Assembly (NCBI RefSeq): GCF_000196355.1
Contig: NC_007614.1
Span: 870,001 to 902,000, forward strand
Length of the DNA stretch: 32,000 nt
Reading direction: 5' to 3'
DNA from: Nitrosospira multiformis ATCC 25196
GTDB lineage: Bacteria > Pseudomonadota > Gammaproteobacteria > Burkholderiales > Nitrosomonadaceae
The position numbers were made by a program, and so were the translations under genes. The notes beneath the pieces are model-generated. The model worked only from the letters and a program-made list of their open reading frames with translations, was not told where the DNA came from and ran no database searches. Positions 20,287 through 32,000 of this stretch are shown one piece after another. Position 1 is the stretch's first letter. The number at the start of each line of letters is the position of its first letter.

Positions 20287-20600
20287 GACGCCTGAGCAGG
20301 AGCACGAATCGGACTGTTTTTATCGGGTTTCCTTGTGTTGAAGTCCTGAACGGGTTTGCTGTATTCCCACATTTGATTGAGGTTGCCCAGGAGTTCACCG
20401 CAGTGCAATCCCCACCTCCGCACAGGTTGATTTCGACTCCGCCTTGTAATCTGTTTTTGTTTCAAAGTCTCTGATGGTTGTCGAGCAGGATTTTCCCGCT
20501 TGCGCCATTCGCCCCCGGTAAAAGTCACACGGGCAATGTTCATCACGGCAGATTCCCGGGATGAATCCTCTTTGCTTGTTGAAAACAAAAAGGCTTTAGC

Positions 20601-20629
20601 TTGACAGGGCAAGATAAAGTCCATAGAAT
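20601..20629 (+). promoter_or_regulatory. Candidate str-operon (rpsL) sigma70 promoter with upstream A-tract
   Basis: Consensus TTGACA (20601-20606), exactly 17 nt of spacer, TAGAAT (20624-20629). An A-rich UP-like stretch GAAAACAAAAAGG lies at 20581-20593. The promoter is 113 nt upstream of the rpsL ATG. Confidence 0.55.
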
Positions 20630-20700
20630 TCGCAGTTTTTTAGCCGCCGGCGGATCGACAGCGTGAGCGGCCGGATAGGAAAGTAAATTTATATTGGCAG

Positions 20701-20729
20701 CGGGACAGGTGAGTTGTCCTCCCGTTTTT
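20701..20729 (+). promoter_or_regulatory. Terminator-like hairpin plus T5 in the rpsL 5' leader
   Basis: CGGGA (20701-20705) pairs with TCCCG (20720-24). An alternative pairing is GGGACA (20702-07) with TGTCCT (20715-20). TTTTT (20725-29) follows immediately, 12 nt before the rpsL ATG. Confidence 0.3.
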
Positions 20730-20741
20730 CTGGAAAATAAA

Positions 20742-21119
20742 ATGCCGACAATCAGTCAGTTAGTACGTAAGCCGCGCGCAGCGAAACCTTTGAAAAGCAA
20801 AGTTCCCGCATTGGGAAACAGCCCTCAAAAACGGGGAGTTTGCACACGGGTTTATACCACTACGCCCAAAAAACCGAATTCGGCTTTGCGCAAGGTGGCG
20901 CGCGTCCGCTTGACTAACGGCTTCGAGGTATCCAGTTATATCGGGGGAGAAGGGCACAATCTTCAGGAACACTCGGTAGTTTTGATTCGGGGCGGGCGTG
21001 TCAAGGATTTGCCGGGCGTGCGCTACCATACTGTCCGCGGCAGTCTGGATACTGCCGGAGTCAAGGATCGCAAGCAGGGACGATCGAAATACGGCGCCAA
21101 AAAGCCGAAGTCGGCTTAA
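20742..21119 (+). CDS. rpsL: 30S ribosomal protein S12
   Basis: [63 protein letters not shown] is near-identical to E. coli S12. The ORF-track start at 20694 is trimmed to ATG 20742. Confidence 0.97.
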   Translation: MPTISQLVRKPRAAKPLKSKVPALGNSPQKRGVCTRVYTTTPKKPNSALRKVARVRLTNGFEVSSYIGGEGHNLQEHSVVLIRGGRVKDLPGVRYHTVRGSLDTAGVKDRKQGRSKYGAKKPKSA

Positions 21120-21205
21120 AAGCAGTTTGAATTCCTGACACAACCAGACGATTGATCGAGATTGCCCCGATAACGTAAGCCGAATAATTACGCCAAGGTT
21201 AGAAA

Positions 21206-21676
21206 ATGCCAAGACGGAGAGAAGTTCCAAAACGAGAAATTTTGCCGGACCCAAAGTACCATAATGCCGAAGTGGCGAAATTTGTCAATGTATTGATGAC
21301 GCGAGGCAAGAAATCCGTGGCAGAACGGATTATTTACGGGGCCATGGATCAGATTCATAAGAAGACGGGCAAGGATCCGGTGGAAGTATTTACGCAGGCA
21401 CTGTCCAATGTCCGTCCAATGGTGGAAGTAAAAAGCCGCCGCGTTGGCGGCGCCAACTATCAGGTTCCGGTGGAAGTCCGGTCCATTCGCCGTAACGCCC
21501 TCGCAATGAGGTGGTTACGTGATGCGGCGCGTAAAAGAGCTGAAAAATCCATGGGCGCCCGGTTGGCGGGTGAGCTGGCAGAAGCTGCCGAAGGCAGGGG
21601 TGGAGCGGTCAAGAAACGCGAGGAAGTTCATCGTATGGCCGAGGCAAACAAGGCATTTGCGCATTATCGATTCTGA
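21206..21676 (+). CDS. rpsG: 30S ribosomal protein S7
   Basis: 156 aa. [46 protein letters not shown]. Confidence 0.97.
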   Translation: MPRRREVPKREILPDPKYHNAEVAKFVNVLMTRGKKSVAERIIYGAMDQIHKKTGKDPVEVFTQALSNVRPMVEVKSRRVGGANYQVPVEVRSIRRNALAMRWLRDAARKRAEKSMGARLAGELAEAAEGRGGAVKKREEVHRMAEANKAFAHYRF

Positions 21677-21806
21677 CGGCAACAATGGGGCAGGAAGACC
21701 TGTCATCATGACCTGGTTTGCCTGATTCGGATTGAAAAATCGCTGATTTTTAGCTGCCGGGAGCATCGTGCCACCGGCAGTTTTCCAATTTTAAGGCTAG
21801 AAAACT

Positions 21807-23897
<2,091 letters not shown>

Positions 23898-23909
23898 TCG
23901 TCATCAAAT

Positions 23910-25112
23910 AAAGGGACATCATGGCAAAGAGCAAATTTGAGCGGACGAAGCCGCACATCAACGTAGGGACGATAGGTCACGTGGACCATGGGAAGACCAC
24001 GTTGACGGCGGCGATCACGATGGTATTGGCGAAGAAGTTTGGTGGGGAAGCGAAGAGTTACGCACAGATAGACTCGGCGCCTGAAGAGAAGGCGCGGGGC
24101 ATCACGATCAATACCTCGCACGTGGAGTACGAGACGGAGAAGCGGCATTACGCGCACGTTGACTGTCCTGGTCACGCGGACTATGTGAAGAACATGATCA
24201 CGGGTGCGGCGCAGATGGACGGTGCGATTCTGGTGGTTTCGGCGGCGGATGGACCGATGCCGCAGACGCGGGAGCACATTCTTCTGGCGCGGCAGGTAGG
24301 GGTTCCCTACATTATTGTCTACATGAACAAGGCGGACATGGTGGACGATGCGGAACTTCTGGAGCTGGTGGAAATGGAAGTGCGGGAGCTGTTGTCCAAA
24401 TACAACTTTCCGGGAGATGACACCCCGATAGTGATCGGTTCTGCACTGAAGGCGCTGGAAGGCGATCAGAGCGACATAGGGGAGCCCTCCATCTACAAGC
24501 TTGCGGCGGCGCTGGACAGCTACATTCCGGAGCCCCAGCGGGCGGTGGACGGGGCATTTCTGATGCCGGTCGAAGACGTTTTTTCCATATCGGGTCGTGG
24601 CACGGTGGTGACGGGTCGGGTTGAGCGTGGCGTGATCAAGGTGGGGGAAGACATCGAGATCGTGGGATTGAAGCCCACCACCAAGACGGTGTGCACGGGT
24701 GTGGAGATGTTTCGCAAGCTTCTGGACCAGGGGCAGGCGGGAGACAACGTGGGCGTATTGCTGCGGGGCACCAAGCGCGAGGAAGTGGAGCGTGGCCAGG
24801 TGCTGGCCAAGCCCGGGACCATCACTCCTCATACCAAGTTCACAGCCGAGATTTACGTTCTGAGCAAGGAAGAGGGCGGGCGTCATACTCCCTTTTTCCA
24901 GGGGTACCGGCCGCAGTTTTACTTCCGCACGACGGATGTGACGGGTGCAATCGAGTTGCCTGCGGGCACGGAGATGGTGATGCCCGGGGACAATGTGTCG
25001 GTGACGGTAAACCTGATTGCGCCGATTGCGATGGAAGAAGGTCTGCGTTTTGCGATTCGTGAAGGCGGCAGGACCGTGGGCGCAGGCGTCGTGGCAAAAA
25101 TTATCGAATAGC
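23910..25112 (+). repeat. 1203-bp direct repeat, copy 2 (partner of 5170-6372)
   Basis: See copy 1. The boundaries are defined by the first mismatching flanking bases. Confidence 0.9.
23921..25111 (+). CDS. tufA: Elongation factor Tu, copy 2 (tufA-like position after fusA)
   Basis: The 396-aa protein is identical to copy 1. Lies 23 nt after the fusA stop. Confidence 0.98.
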   Translation: MAKSKFERTKPHINVGTIGHVDHGKTTLTAAITMVLAKKFGGEAKSYAQIDSAPEEKARGITINTSHVEYETEKRHYAHVDCPGHADYVKNMITGAAQMDGAILVVSAADGPMPQTREHILLARQVGVPYIIVYMNKADMVDDAELLELVEMEVRELLSKYNFPGDDTPIVIGSALKALEGDQSDIGEPSIYKLAAALDSYIPEPQRAVDGAFLMPVEDVFSISGRGTVVTGRVERGVIKVGEDIEIVGLKPTTKTVCTGVEMFRKLLDQGQAGDNVGVLLRGTKREEVERGQVLAKPGTITPHTKFTAEIYVLSKEEGGRHTPFFQGYRPQFYFRTTDVTGAIELPAGTEMVMPGDNVSVTVNLIAPIAMEEGLRFAIREGGRTVGAGVVAKIIE

Positions 25113-25194
25113 AACAGGATCAAGGACCGGATTTAAGATTTACGCAACGCGTGGTCGGCAATTCGGAATCCGAGTCCTCACCTGAGGTTGGATT

Positions 25195-25503
25195 ATGCAA
25201 AGTCAGAAAATACGTATTCGTTTGAAAGCGTTCGATTACCGGTTGATAGACAAATCGGCGCTGGAGATCGTGGAAACCGCAAAACGCACCGGCGCCGTCG
25301 TCAAGGGTCCGGTGCCTCTGCCAACGCGCATCGAGCGTTTTGATGTGCTTCGTTCGCCTCATGTCAACAAGACTTCACGTGATCAATTCGAAATCCGGAC
25401 TCATTTGCGGCTGATGGATATCATGGACCCAACCGATAAAACGGTGGATGCGCTAATGAAGCTGGATTTGCCTGCCGGAGTGGACGTCGAGATAAAGTTG
25501 TAG
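25195..25503 (+). CDS. rpsJ: 30S ribosomal protein S10
   Basis: [34 protein letters not shown] (E. coli [34 protein letters not shown]). Confidence 0.97.
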   Translation: MQSQKIRIRLKAFDYRLIDKSALEIVETAKRTGAVVKGPVPLPTRIERFDVLRSPHVNKTSRDQFEIRTHLRLMDIMDPTDKTVDALMKLDLPAGVDVEIKL

Positions 25504-25614
25504 TTTTCCAACGCAACTCCGAGTATGTTCGCAACGAATAACTCGGATTGCTGTTCAATCAACATAAATATTGCCGGTCAATTGTAATCGGCACCTTTTA
25601 GAAGGGTAATTAGA

Positions 25615-26325
25615 ATGAGTTTAGGGCTCGTCGGCCGCAAGGTCGGCATGACTCGTATTTTCACCGAAGAAGGTGATAGCCAGCCCGTTACAGTGCTGGA
25701 CGTGTCTAATAATCGTGTCACACAGATCAAGACGCCAGCCACCGATGGGTATTCTGCCGTGCAAGTTACGTTCGGCAAGCGTCGAGCCATTCGTGTAAAC
25801 AAACCTTCGGCCGGGCATTTTGCCAAGGCAGCTGTAGAGGCGGGAGAGATCCTGAGAGAATTTCGCGTCGCGGAAGAAATCCTTGGAACCCTCAGTCCCG
25901 GCACAGTTATCGGATTGGATATTTTTCAGCCGGGGCAGAGAGTGGATGTAACCGGTACCTCGATCGGAAAGGGCTATGCCGGTGCCATCAAACGCCACGG
26001 CTTCGCCTCCAACCGGGCGAGTCACGGCAACTCACGGTCTCATAATGTTCCGGGTTCCATCGGCATGGCCCAGGATCCCGGACGTGTCTTCCCCGGAAAG
26101 CGTATGACCGGTCATCTGGGAAATGTGAGGCGCACCATTCAAAATCTGGAAATACTGCGAATTGATGCCGAGCGTGGACTGTTGATCATCAAAGGCGCTA
26201 TTCCCGGATCGAAGGGGGGAGACGTGACAGTTTCGCCCAGTATTAGATCTGCAAGGCCGACCAATAACGGCAATGTCAATGCCGCGGCAAAAGGCGGCGC
26301 GAAATCTGGCAAGAAGGGTGGATAA
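25615..26325 (+). CDS. rplC: 50S ribosomal protein L3 (with extended basic C-terminal tail)
   Basis: [28 protein letters not shown]. 236 aa, against 209 aa in E. coli. The tail is [28 protein letters not shown]. Confidence 0.96.
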
Positions 26326-26945
26326 TGGAACTTAAACTGATCGACTATAATGGGCAGTCGTCTGCAAGCGTTTCAGCTTCCGAAACCCTGTTTGGCCGGG
26401 AGTATAATGAAGCCCTCGTTCACCAGGTGGTAACAGCCTATCTTGCCAATGCACGCAGCGCCAACAGAGCGCAAAAGGCTCGATCGGATGTTGCCAAATC
26501 GACTCGCAAGCCTTGGCGGCAGAAGGGTACGGGACGCGCCCGCGCCGGTATGGCGTCAAGCCCTTTATGGCGGGGTGGAGGAAAAATATTTCCCAACAGC
26601 CCGGAGGAGAATTTCAGCCATAAAGTCAATCGCAAGATGTATCGCGCGGGTATCGGCGCAATTCTCTCGCAACTCGTTCGTGAAAATCGACTGTCGGTAG
26701 TGGAAAATTTTATTGTTGATGCACCGAAGACGAAGATATTGGCACAGAAGTTGAAAGATATGGGGCTGGATCAAGTCATGATCATTACAGATAACATTGA
26801 CGAGAATCTTTATCTCTCGTCAAGAAATCTTCCGCTCGTCAAGGTTGTCGAAGCGGGGTATGCTGATCCAGTCAGTCTCATGCGCTTCGCAAATGTACTG
26901 ATCACGCGTAATGCGCTGGCAAAAATGGAGGAGGCACTTGCATGA
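26325..26945 (+). CDS. rplD: 50S ribosomal protein L4
   Basis: [10 protein letters not shown]...[34 protein letters not shown]...[19 protein letters not shown] overlap with rplC. Confidence 0.96.
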
Positions 26946-27277
26946 GCGGTCAAACATTCAACCCTGAGCGCCTGATGCAGGTGATATTATCGCCTCAGAT
27001 ATCGGAAAAAGCGACGTTTATAGGCGAAAAACACAATCAGATTATCTTTCGCGTGGCTCCAGATGCAACTAAGCCTGAAGTCAAAGCCGCAGTGGAGTTG
27101 ATATGGAAGAATCAAAAGGTTGAAGTGGAAAGCGTGCGCATATCCAATGTCAAAGGCAAGGAAAAGCGTTTTGGCCGCTTCATGGGGCGGCGCGGTGGCT
27201 GGAAGAAGGCTTACATCAGCATCAAAGCCGGCCAGGAAATCAATTTTTCTGAAATTTCTCAAGGAGAGGTCAAGTAA
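26942..27277 (+). CDS. rplW: 50S ribosomal protein L23
   Basis: 111 aa. [44 protein letters not shown]...[21 protein letters not shown] overlap with rplD. Confidence 0.95.
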
Positions 27278-28110
27278 TGGCGCTGGTTAAAGTCAAACCG
27301 ACCTCTCCGGGTCGTCGGGCGGTAGTCAAAGTCGTCAATGCCGGCCTGCACAAGGGTGCACCTTATCCGCATCTCGTGGAGAAGCAGAATCGTACTGCCG
27401 GACGTAACAATAAGGGACAAATCACTACTCGCCACATAGGCGGTGGTCACAAGCAGCATTACCGCATCGTGGATTTCCGCCGTAACAAGGATGGAATCGC
27501 GGCCAGAGTGGAACGGTTGGAATATGATCCGAACCGCAGCGCGAATCTTGCACTTCTCTGCTATTCCGATGGTGAACGCCGCTATGTTATTGCGCCAAAA
27601 GGTATCGTTCCGGGCATGCAACTGATGAGCGGCGCAGATGCGCCTATAAAGAACGGCAATGCATTGCCGCTACGTAATATCCCGGTCGGCAGCATCATTC
27701 ACTGCGTGGAAATGATGCCGGGTAAAGGCGCGCAACTTGCTCGTTCAGCCGGAGCCTCGGTTCAACTTCTCGCCCGCGAGGGAGATTATGCCCAGTTGCG
27801 CCTGCGCTCGGGGGAAATCCGCAGGGTACACGTGAACTGCCGGGCGACGATCGGGGAAGTCGGAAATGAGGAACATAACCTGCGAGCTATCGGCAAGGCA
27901 GGAGCCCAGCGGTGGCGCGGCATCAGGCCAACGGTGCGTGGGGTGGCGATGAATCCGATAGACCATCCGCATGGCGGGGGTGAAGGTAAAACAGCGGCGG
28001 GACGTCATCCTGTCAGTCCATGGGGAACGCCTTCCAAGGGTTTCCGCACGCGGGTAAACAAGCGTACCGACGGCATGATCGTGCGACGTCGTTATTCAAA
28101 CAAGGGATAA
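27277..28110 (+). CDS. rplB: 50S ribosomal protein L2
   Basis: [20 protein letters not shown]...[15 protein letters not shown]...[13 protein letters not shown]. Confidence 0.97.
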   Translation: MALVKVKPTSPGRRAVVKVVNAGLHKGAPYPHLVEKQNRTAGRNNKGQITTRHIGGGHKQHYRIVDFRRNKDGIAARVERLEYDPNRSANLALLCYSDGERRYVIAPKGIVPGMQLMSGADAPIKNGNALPLRNIPVGSIIHCVEMMPGKGAQLARSAGASVQLLAREGDYAQLRLRSGEIRRVHVNCRATIGEVGNEEHNLRAIGKAGAQRWRGIRPTVRGVAMNPIDHPHGGGEGKTAAGRHPVSPWGTPSKGFRTRVNKRTDGMIVRRRYSNKG

Positions 28111-28116
28111 TGAATC

Positions 28117-28398
28117 ATGGCTCGTTCTATAAAGAAAGGCCCATTTGTTGATTTGCACCTCCTGTCCAAAGTGGAGGCCGCGCGTGAAGCCAATGACAAG
28201 CGACCTATCAAGACCTGGTCGCGTCGCTCCACGGTATTGCCGGATTTCATTGGCTTGACGATCGCCGTGCATAACGGGAAGCAGCACGTTCCAGTATATG
28301 TTACTGAGAACATGGTTGGGCACAAGCTCGGCGAGTTTTCTCATACACGTACTTTCAAGGGACATTCCGGCGATAGAAAAGCGGCTGGAAGGAAATAG
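28117..28398 (+). CDS. rpsS: 30S ribosomal protein S19
   Basis: [20 protein letters not shown]...[26 protein letters not shown]. Confidence 0.97.
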
Positions 28399-28409
28399 GA
28401 ATAATCACC

Positions 28410-28757
28410 ATGGAAACAACTGCTGTATTGCGTGGAGTCAGGTTGTCCGAGCAGAAAGGCCGGCTCGTTGCGGATCAGATCCGTGGATTGCCGGTGGAGC
28501 GCGCGCTCAACCTGCTTGCGTTCAGTCCGAAAAAGGCTGCGGTCATTATTCGTAAGCTTCTCGAATCAGCCATTGCAAATGCCGAGCATAACGAGGGGGC
28601 TGACATAGACGAGTTGAAGGTGTCCAGGATATATGTCGACAGGGGACCATCGCTCATGCGTACCAGTGCGCGCGCCAAGGGGCGGGGCAATCGCATTGTC
28701 AAGCCAACTTGTCACATTCTTCTTACTGTTGGCGATAAAGCCAGCAACAAAAAATAA
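28410..28757 (+). CDS. rplV: 50S ribosomal protein L22
   Basis: [44 protein letters not shown]. Confidence 0.96.
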   Translation: METTAVLRGVRLSEQKGRLVADQIRGLPVERALNLLAFSPKKAAVIIRKLLESAIANAEHNEGADIDELKVSRIYVDRGPSLMRTSARAKGRGNRIVKPTCHILLTVGDKASNKK

Positions 28758-28772
28758 GGCTGAACGGGCATT

Positions 28773-29633
28773 ATGGGACAAAAAATACATCCGACAGGTT
28801 TTCGGCTTTCCGTCCTGAAGAACTGGTCATCCAAATGGTATGCCAACGGAAAAAGTTTTCCTGGCATGCTGAACGAAGACATCAAGGTTCGGGAATATTT
28901 GAAAAAGAAACTGGCGCATGCGTCTGTCGGTCGCGTGGTTATCGAACGGCCATCGAAGAATGCGCGTATCACGATCTACAGTTCACGCCCAGGGGTGGTG
29001 ATAGGCAAGAAAGGTGAAGATATCGAAGTTTTGCGGGGAGCGCTGCAAAAGCTCATGGGTGTTCCGGTGCATGTAAATATCGAAGAAATCCGCAAACCGG
29101 AAATTGATGCACAGCTGATTGCCGACAACATCGCCCAGCAACTGGAAAAGCGCATTATGTTCCGTCGTGCAATGAAGCGTGCCATGCAGAATGCGATGCG
29201 CCTGGGTGCTCAGGGTATCAAGATCATGAGTTCGGGCCGCTTGAACGGCATTGAAATTGCCCGTACCGAATGGTATCGGGAAGGACGTGTGCCCCTTCAT
29301 ACGCTGCGGGCCGATCTCGATTACGGCGTCTCGGAGGCCAAGACAACTTATGGCGTGATCGGGATCAAGGTCTGGGTATTCAAGGGTGAAGTGATAGGTC
29401 GAGGTGAGCAGGCCGGCGCGGGTACAGCCGCTCCGCAGGTGCTTCCCCCGGCCGGAGAACCGGAAACTAGGCGTCCGCCGCGCAGGCCAGCGGGAAGGGC
29501 AGATGCCAGATCGGACGGGAAAGCTGGTGAAAAGAAAGGTCCCAGAAAGTCTGACAACAGTTCTGAAGAGTCCGCCACAAAACCGGCAAAGAAGCCAGTA
29601 AAGCCAGGAGTGAACGATGCAGCAGCCAGCTAG
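28773..29633 (+). CDS. rpsC: 30S ribosomal protein S3 (with long low-complexity basic C-terminal tail)
   Basis: [24 protein letters not shown]..., with KH and S3-C domains. 286 aa, against 233 aa in E. coli. The tail starts at about codon 210 ([52 protein letters not shown]...). Confidence 0.95.
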   Translation: MGQKIHPTGFRLSVLKNWSSKWYANGKSFPGMLNEDIKVREYLKKKLAHASVGRVVIERPSKNARITIYSSRPGVVIGKKGEDIEVLRGALQKLMGVPVHVNIEEIRKPEIDAQLIADNIAQQLEKRIMFRRAMKRAMQNAMRLGAQGIKIMSSGRLNGIEIARTEWYREGRVPLHTLRADLDYGVSEAKTTYGVIGIKVWVFKGEVIGRGEQAGAGTAAPQVLPPAGEPETRRPPRRPAGRADARSDGKAGEKKGPRKSDNSSEESATKPAKKPVKPGVNDAAAS

Positions 29634-30033
29634 AACAAAATATCGCAAGCAGCAAAAAGGGCGGAACAAAGGCATTGCAACCAGGGGTGCCAAGGTCAGT
29701 TTTGGCGAATACGGTCTCAAGGCCGTGGGACGGGGGCGTTTGACAGCCCGGCAGATCGAAGCCGCACGACGTGCGATGACTCGTCATATAAAACGGGGCG
29801 GCCGTATATGGATTCGTATTTTTCCGGACAAGCCAATTTCGCATAAACCCGCCGAAGTCAGGATGGGGAACGGAAAAGGTAATCCGGAGTATTTTGTGGC
29901 AGAGATTCAGCCAGGCAAAGTGTTATATGAAATGGATGGCGTCGATGAGGTGTTGGCCCGGCAGGCATTCCGTCTCGCAGCTGCCAAACTTCCGATCCTG
30001 ACAACCTTTGTTGTACGACAAGTGGGCGGTTAA
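29617..30033 (+). CDS. rplP: 50S ribosomal protein L16
   Basis: [36 protein letters not shown] (E. coli [21 protein letters not shown]...). Its start overlaps the rpsC 3' end by 17 nt. Confidence 0.96.
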   Translation: MQQPARTKYRKQQKGRNKGIATRGAKVSFGEYGLKAVGRGRLTARQIEAARRAMTRHIKRGGRIWIRIFPDKPISHKPAEVRMGNGKGNPEYFVAEIQPGKVLYEMDGVDEVLARQAFRLAAAKLPILTTFVVRQVGG

Positions 30034-30035
30034 TC

Positions 30036-30236
30036 ATGAAATCCAGAGCCAAGGAATTGAGAAACAAGAATCCAGTGGAATTGCAGCAGGAGTTGCTGGA
30101 ACTGCTAAGGGCGCAGTTTGGCCTGCGGATGCAGCATGCAACCCAGCAGTTAAGCAATACTTCCCAACTGAGCAATATTCGGCGGGACATAGCGCGTACC
30201 AGAACCATTCTTAGCCAGAAGGCAAGGCAGTCATGA
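30036..30236 (+). CDS. rpmC: 50S ribosomal protein L29
   Basis: 66 aa. [34 protein letters not shown]. Confidence 0.95.
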   Translation: MKSRAKELRNKNPVELQQELLELLRAQFGLRMQHATQQLSNTSQLSNIRRDIARTRTILSQKARQS

Positions 30237-30499
30237 GCGAAGCGAATTTAAATCGTACTCTTAGCGGAAAAGTGGTAAGCGATAAAATGAATAAGACCAT
30301 TACTGTTCTGGTTGAACGTAAGGTCAAACATCCGCTTTACGGAAAGATTATGGTTCGCTCCAAAAAATATCATGTTCATGACGAAGCCAATGAGTTCCAC
30401 ACTGGAGATGTGGTGGTGATAGAAGAGTGTCGTCCATTATCCAAAACAAAAGCCTGGCGTGTCGTCAAGTTGATGCAAAAAGCCGAACAGGTGAGTTGA
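30233..30499 (+). CDS. rpsQ: 30S ribosomal protein S17
   Basis: [48 protein letters not shown] overlap with rpmC. Confidence 0.96.
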   Translation: MSEANLNRTLSGKVVSDKMNKTITVLVERKVKHPLYGKIMVRSKKYHVHDEANEFHTGDVVVIEECRPLSKTKAWRVVKLMQKAEQVS

Positions 30500-30503
30500 T
30501 TAA

Positions 30504-30545
30504 GAGGAAAACCGGCTGTTGGAAGTTTTCTTCCTTGTTTTTGTA
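30504..30545 (+). terminator. Candidate intrinsic terminator at the end of the S10 operon
   Basis: GAGGAAAAC (30504-30512) pairs with GTTTTCTTC (30525-30533): 9 bp including one G-U, with a 12-nt loop. An inner alternative is GGAAG-TTTT-CTTCC. CTTGTTTTTG follows. Confidence 0.45.
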
Positions 30546-30563
30546 ATCCGGTTGCCTTATAAT
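30535..30563 (+). promoter_or_regulatory. Candidate spc-operon promoter
   Basis: TTGTTT (30535-30540), 17 nt of spacer, consensus TATAAT (30558-30563). Lies 134 nt upstream of the rplN ATG. The -35 element is weak. Confidence 0.4.
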
Positions 30564-30696
30564 TCTGCCTCTTCATTTTTCAGATACCTTAATTTTTTTG
30601 CAGCCGGTAGATTCTGGCGGCATCACAACCCAGACGGGTTCCAATACTATCCTAGCCTTTGATTCGGCTGGAAAAGTTGGAGAGAGTGAGTAAATC

Positions 30697-31065
30697 ATGA
30701 TCCAAATGCAATCGATTCTGCAAGTCGCCGACAATACCGGCGCACGGTCGCTCATGTGCATAAAGGTATTAGGCGGTTCCAAGCGACGTTATGCGGGTAT
30801 TGGCGATATTATAAAAGTCAGCGTAAAGGACGTGGCGCCTCGCGGTCGCGTCAAAAAGGGTGAAGTGTACAATGCAGTCGTGGTACGAACTTCGAAAGGA
30901 GTGCGTCGTGCGGATGGATCATTAATCAAGTTCGACGGCAACGCCGCGGTACTGTTGAATGCCAAGCTGGAACCAATCGGCACGCGTATTTTTGGTCCCG
31001 TCACACGTGAGTTGCGTACCGCACGTTTCATGAAAATTGTTTCGCTCGCCCCTGAAGTACTGTAG
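30697..31065 (+). CDS. rplN: 50S ribosomal protein L14
   Basis: [44 protein letters not shown] (E. coli [39 protein letters not shown]). Confidence 0.97.
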   Translation: MIQMQSILQVADNTGARSLMCIKVLGGSKRRYAGIGDIIKVSVKDVAPRGRVKKGEVYNAVVVRTSKGVRRADGSLIKFDGNAAVLLNAKLEPIGTRIFGPVTRELRTARFMKIVSLAPEVL

Positions 31066-31087
31066 GACGCGGGATAAGGAATCAAAC

Positions 31088-31405
31088 ATGAGCAAAATAA
31101 AGAAGGGAGATGACGTAATTGTCATCGCCGGCAAGGACAAGGGTAAACGTGGCACGGTGTTGCGTGTCATGAAGCCGGATCTTGTGGTCGTTGAAGGTGT
31201 CAATCGCCTCAAGAAACATCAGAGACCCAATCCGAATAAAGGCGACACGGGTGGAATCGTCGAAATGGATAGCCCTATACAGGTTTCAAACATCGCAATC
31301 TACAATCCCGCAACCCGGAAGGCAGATCGGATAGGTTTCAAAACCGTAGAAGGAAAAGGCAAGGCCCGCTGCTTCAGGTCGAATGAAGAACTGATCGATG
31401 CCTAA
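31088..31405 (+). CDS. rplX: 50S ribosomal protein L24
   Basis: [27 protein letters not shown]. The ORF-track start at 31037 lies inside rplN and is trimmed to ATG 31088. Confidence 0.95.
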   Translation: MSKIKKGDDVIVIAGKDKGKRGTVLRVMKPDLVVVEGVNRLKKHQRPNPNKGDTGGIVEMDSPIQVSNIAIYNPATRKADRIGFKTVEGKGKARCFRSNEELIDA

Positions 31406-31422
31406 GGGTTAGGGGAAAACAC

Positions 31423-31962
31423 ATGGCGCGTTTACAAGAGTATTACCGTAGCACCGTAGTCCAGCAGTTAATGGAGCAATTCGGCTATAAGTCTGTGATG
31501 GAGGTGCCGCGCATTCGCAAAATCACCCTCAATATGGGTGTGGGCGAGGCGGTCGCGGACAAAAAAATCATGGATAACGCTGTGGGTGACATGCAGAAGA
31601 TTGCAGGCCAGAAGCCTGTGGTGACGAAAGCGAGAAAATCCATTGCCACTTTCAAGGTTCGTGATGGCTATCCGGTAGGTTGCATGGTTACGCTGCGCCG
31701 CGTTCGCATGTACGAATTCCTCGACCGTCTGGTAAATATCGCTATACCGCGTATTCGTGACTTTCGCGGTATTTCCGGTAGATCCTTCGATGGACGCGGC
31801 AATTATAATATGGGTATAAAGGAGCAGATCATTTTCCCGGAGATCGAATATGACAAAATCGATGCCTTGCGGGGGATGAACATCACGATTACCACGACTG
31901 CAAAGACAGATGCGGAAGCAAAGGCATTGCTGGCAGCATTCAAATTTCCATTTAAAAACTGA
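31423..31962 (+). CDS. rplE: 50S ribosomal protein L5
   Basis: [43 protein letters not shown]. 179 aa, as in E. coli. Confidence 0.97.
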   Translation: MARLQEYYRSTVVQQLMEQFGYKSVMEVPRIRKITLNMGVGEAVADKKIMDNAVGDMQKIAGQKPVVTKARKSIATFKVRDGYPVGCMVTLRRVRMYEFLDRLVNIAIPRIRDFRGISGRSFDGRGNYNMGIKEQIIFPEIEYDKIDALRGMNITITTTAKTDAEAKALLAAFKFPFKN

Positions 31963-31968
31963 GGGAGC

Positions 31969-32000
31969 ATGGCTAAGGTAGCTGTTATTAACCGTGATCT
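31969..32000 (+). CDS. rpsN: 30S ribosomal protein S14, first 10 codons only (runs off window)
   Basis: ATG at 31969 preceded by GAGGGAG. MAKVAVINRD matches the S14 N-terminus pattern, and the position after rplE is the canonical one. Confidence 0.7.
   Translation, partial: MAKVAVINRD

Noticed and set aside
20241-20624. A 127-aa minus-strand ORF downstream of the aminotransferase, considered as a possible small gene or toxin-like remnant.
   Set aside because: It overlaps the aminotransferase 3' end. It has no SD before either Met (20624 or 20543) and no motif I can assign. I kept the region as a finding, but I do not call a CDS there.

Overview
This is an ordinary, highly conserved core-genome window, and I do not think it contains a previously undescribed system. 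From about 4.6 kb to 32 kb it is one co-directional (+ strand) translation/transcription supercluster. The order is tRNA-Tyr/Gly/Thr, tuf (tufB-like position), tRNA-Trp, secE, nusG, rplK-rplA-rplJ-rplL and rpoB-rpoC. One class-III aminotransferase gene follows. After it come rpsL-rpsG-fusA-tuf (tufA-like position) and the S10 and spc ribosomal-protein operons, up to the first codons of rpsN. The left 4.5 kb holds housekeeping genes: the 5' part of pepA on the minus strand, overlapping ogt-xerD, an OmpA-family glycine-zipper lipoprotein, a YbaN/DUF454 membrane protein and a secreted FKBP isomerase. Protein sequences and gene order look betaproteobacterial. My guess is a Nitrosomonadales-like genome, but that cannot be verified without a database search. 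I see no CRISPR array, transposase, phage or defence-type gene, and no unexplained multi-gene block. The items worth a second look are modest: (1) a metabolic aminotransferase plus about 450 nt of unassigned DNA between rpoC and rpsL; (2) two tuf copies identical over 1203 bp; (3) repeat architecture upstream of the OmpA-like gene; (4) a terminator-like hairpin in the rpsL leader; (5) long basic C-terminal tails on S3 and L3. Promoter and terminator calls were made by eye and have low confidence.
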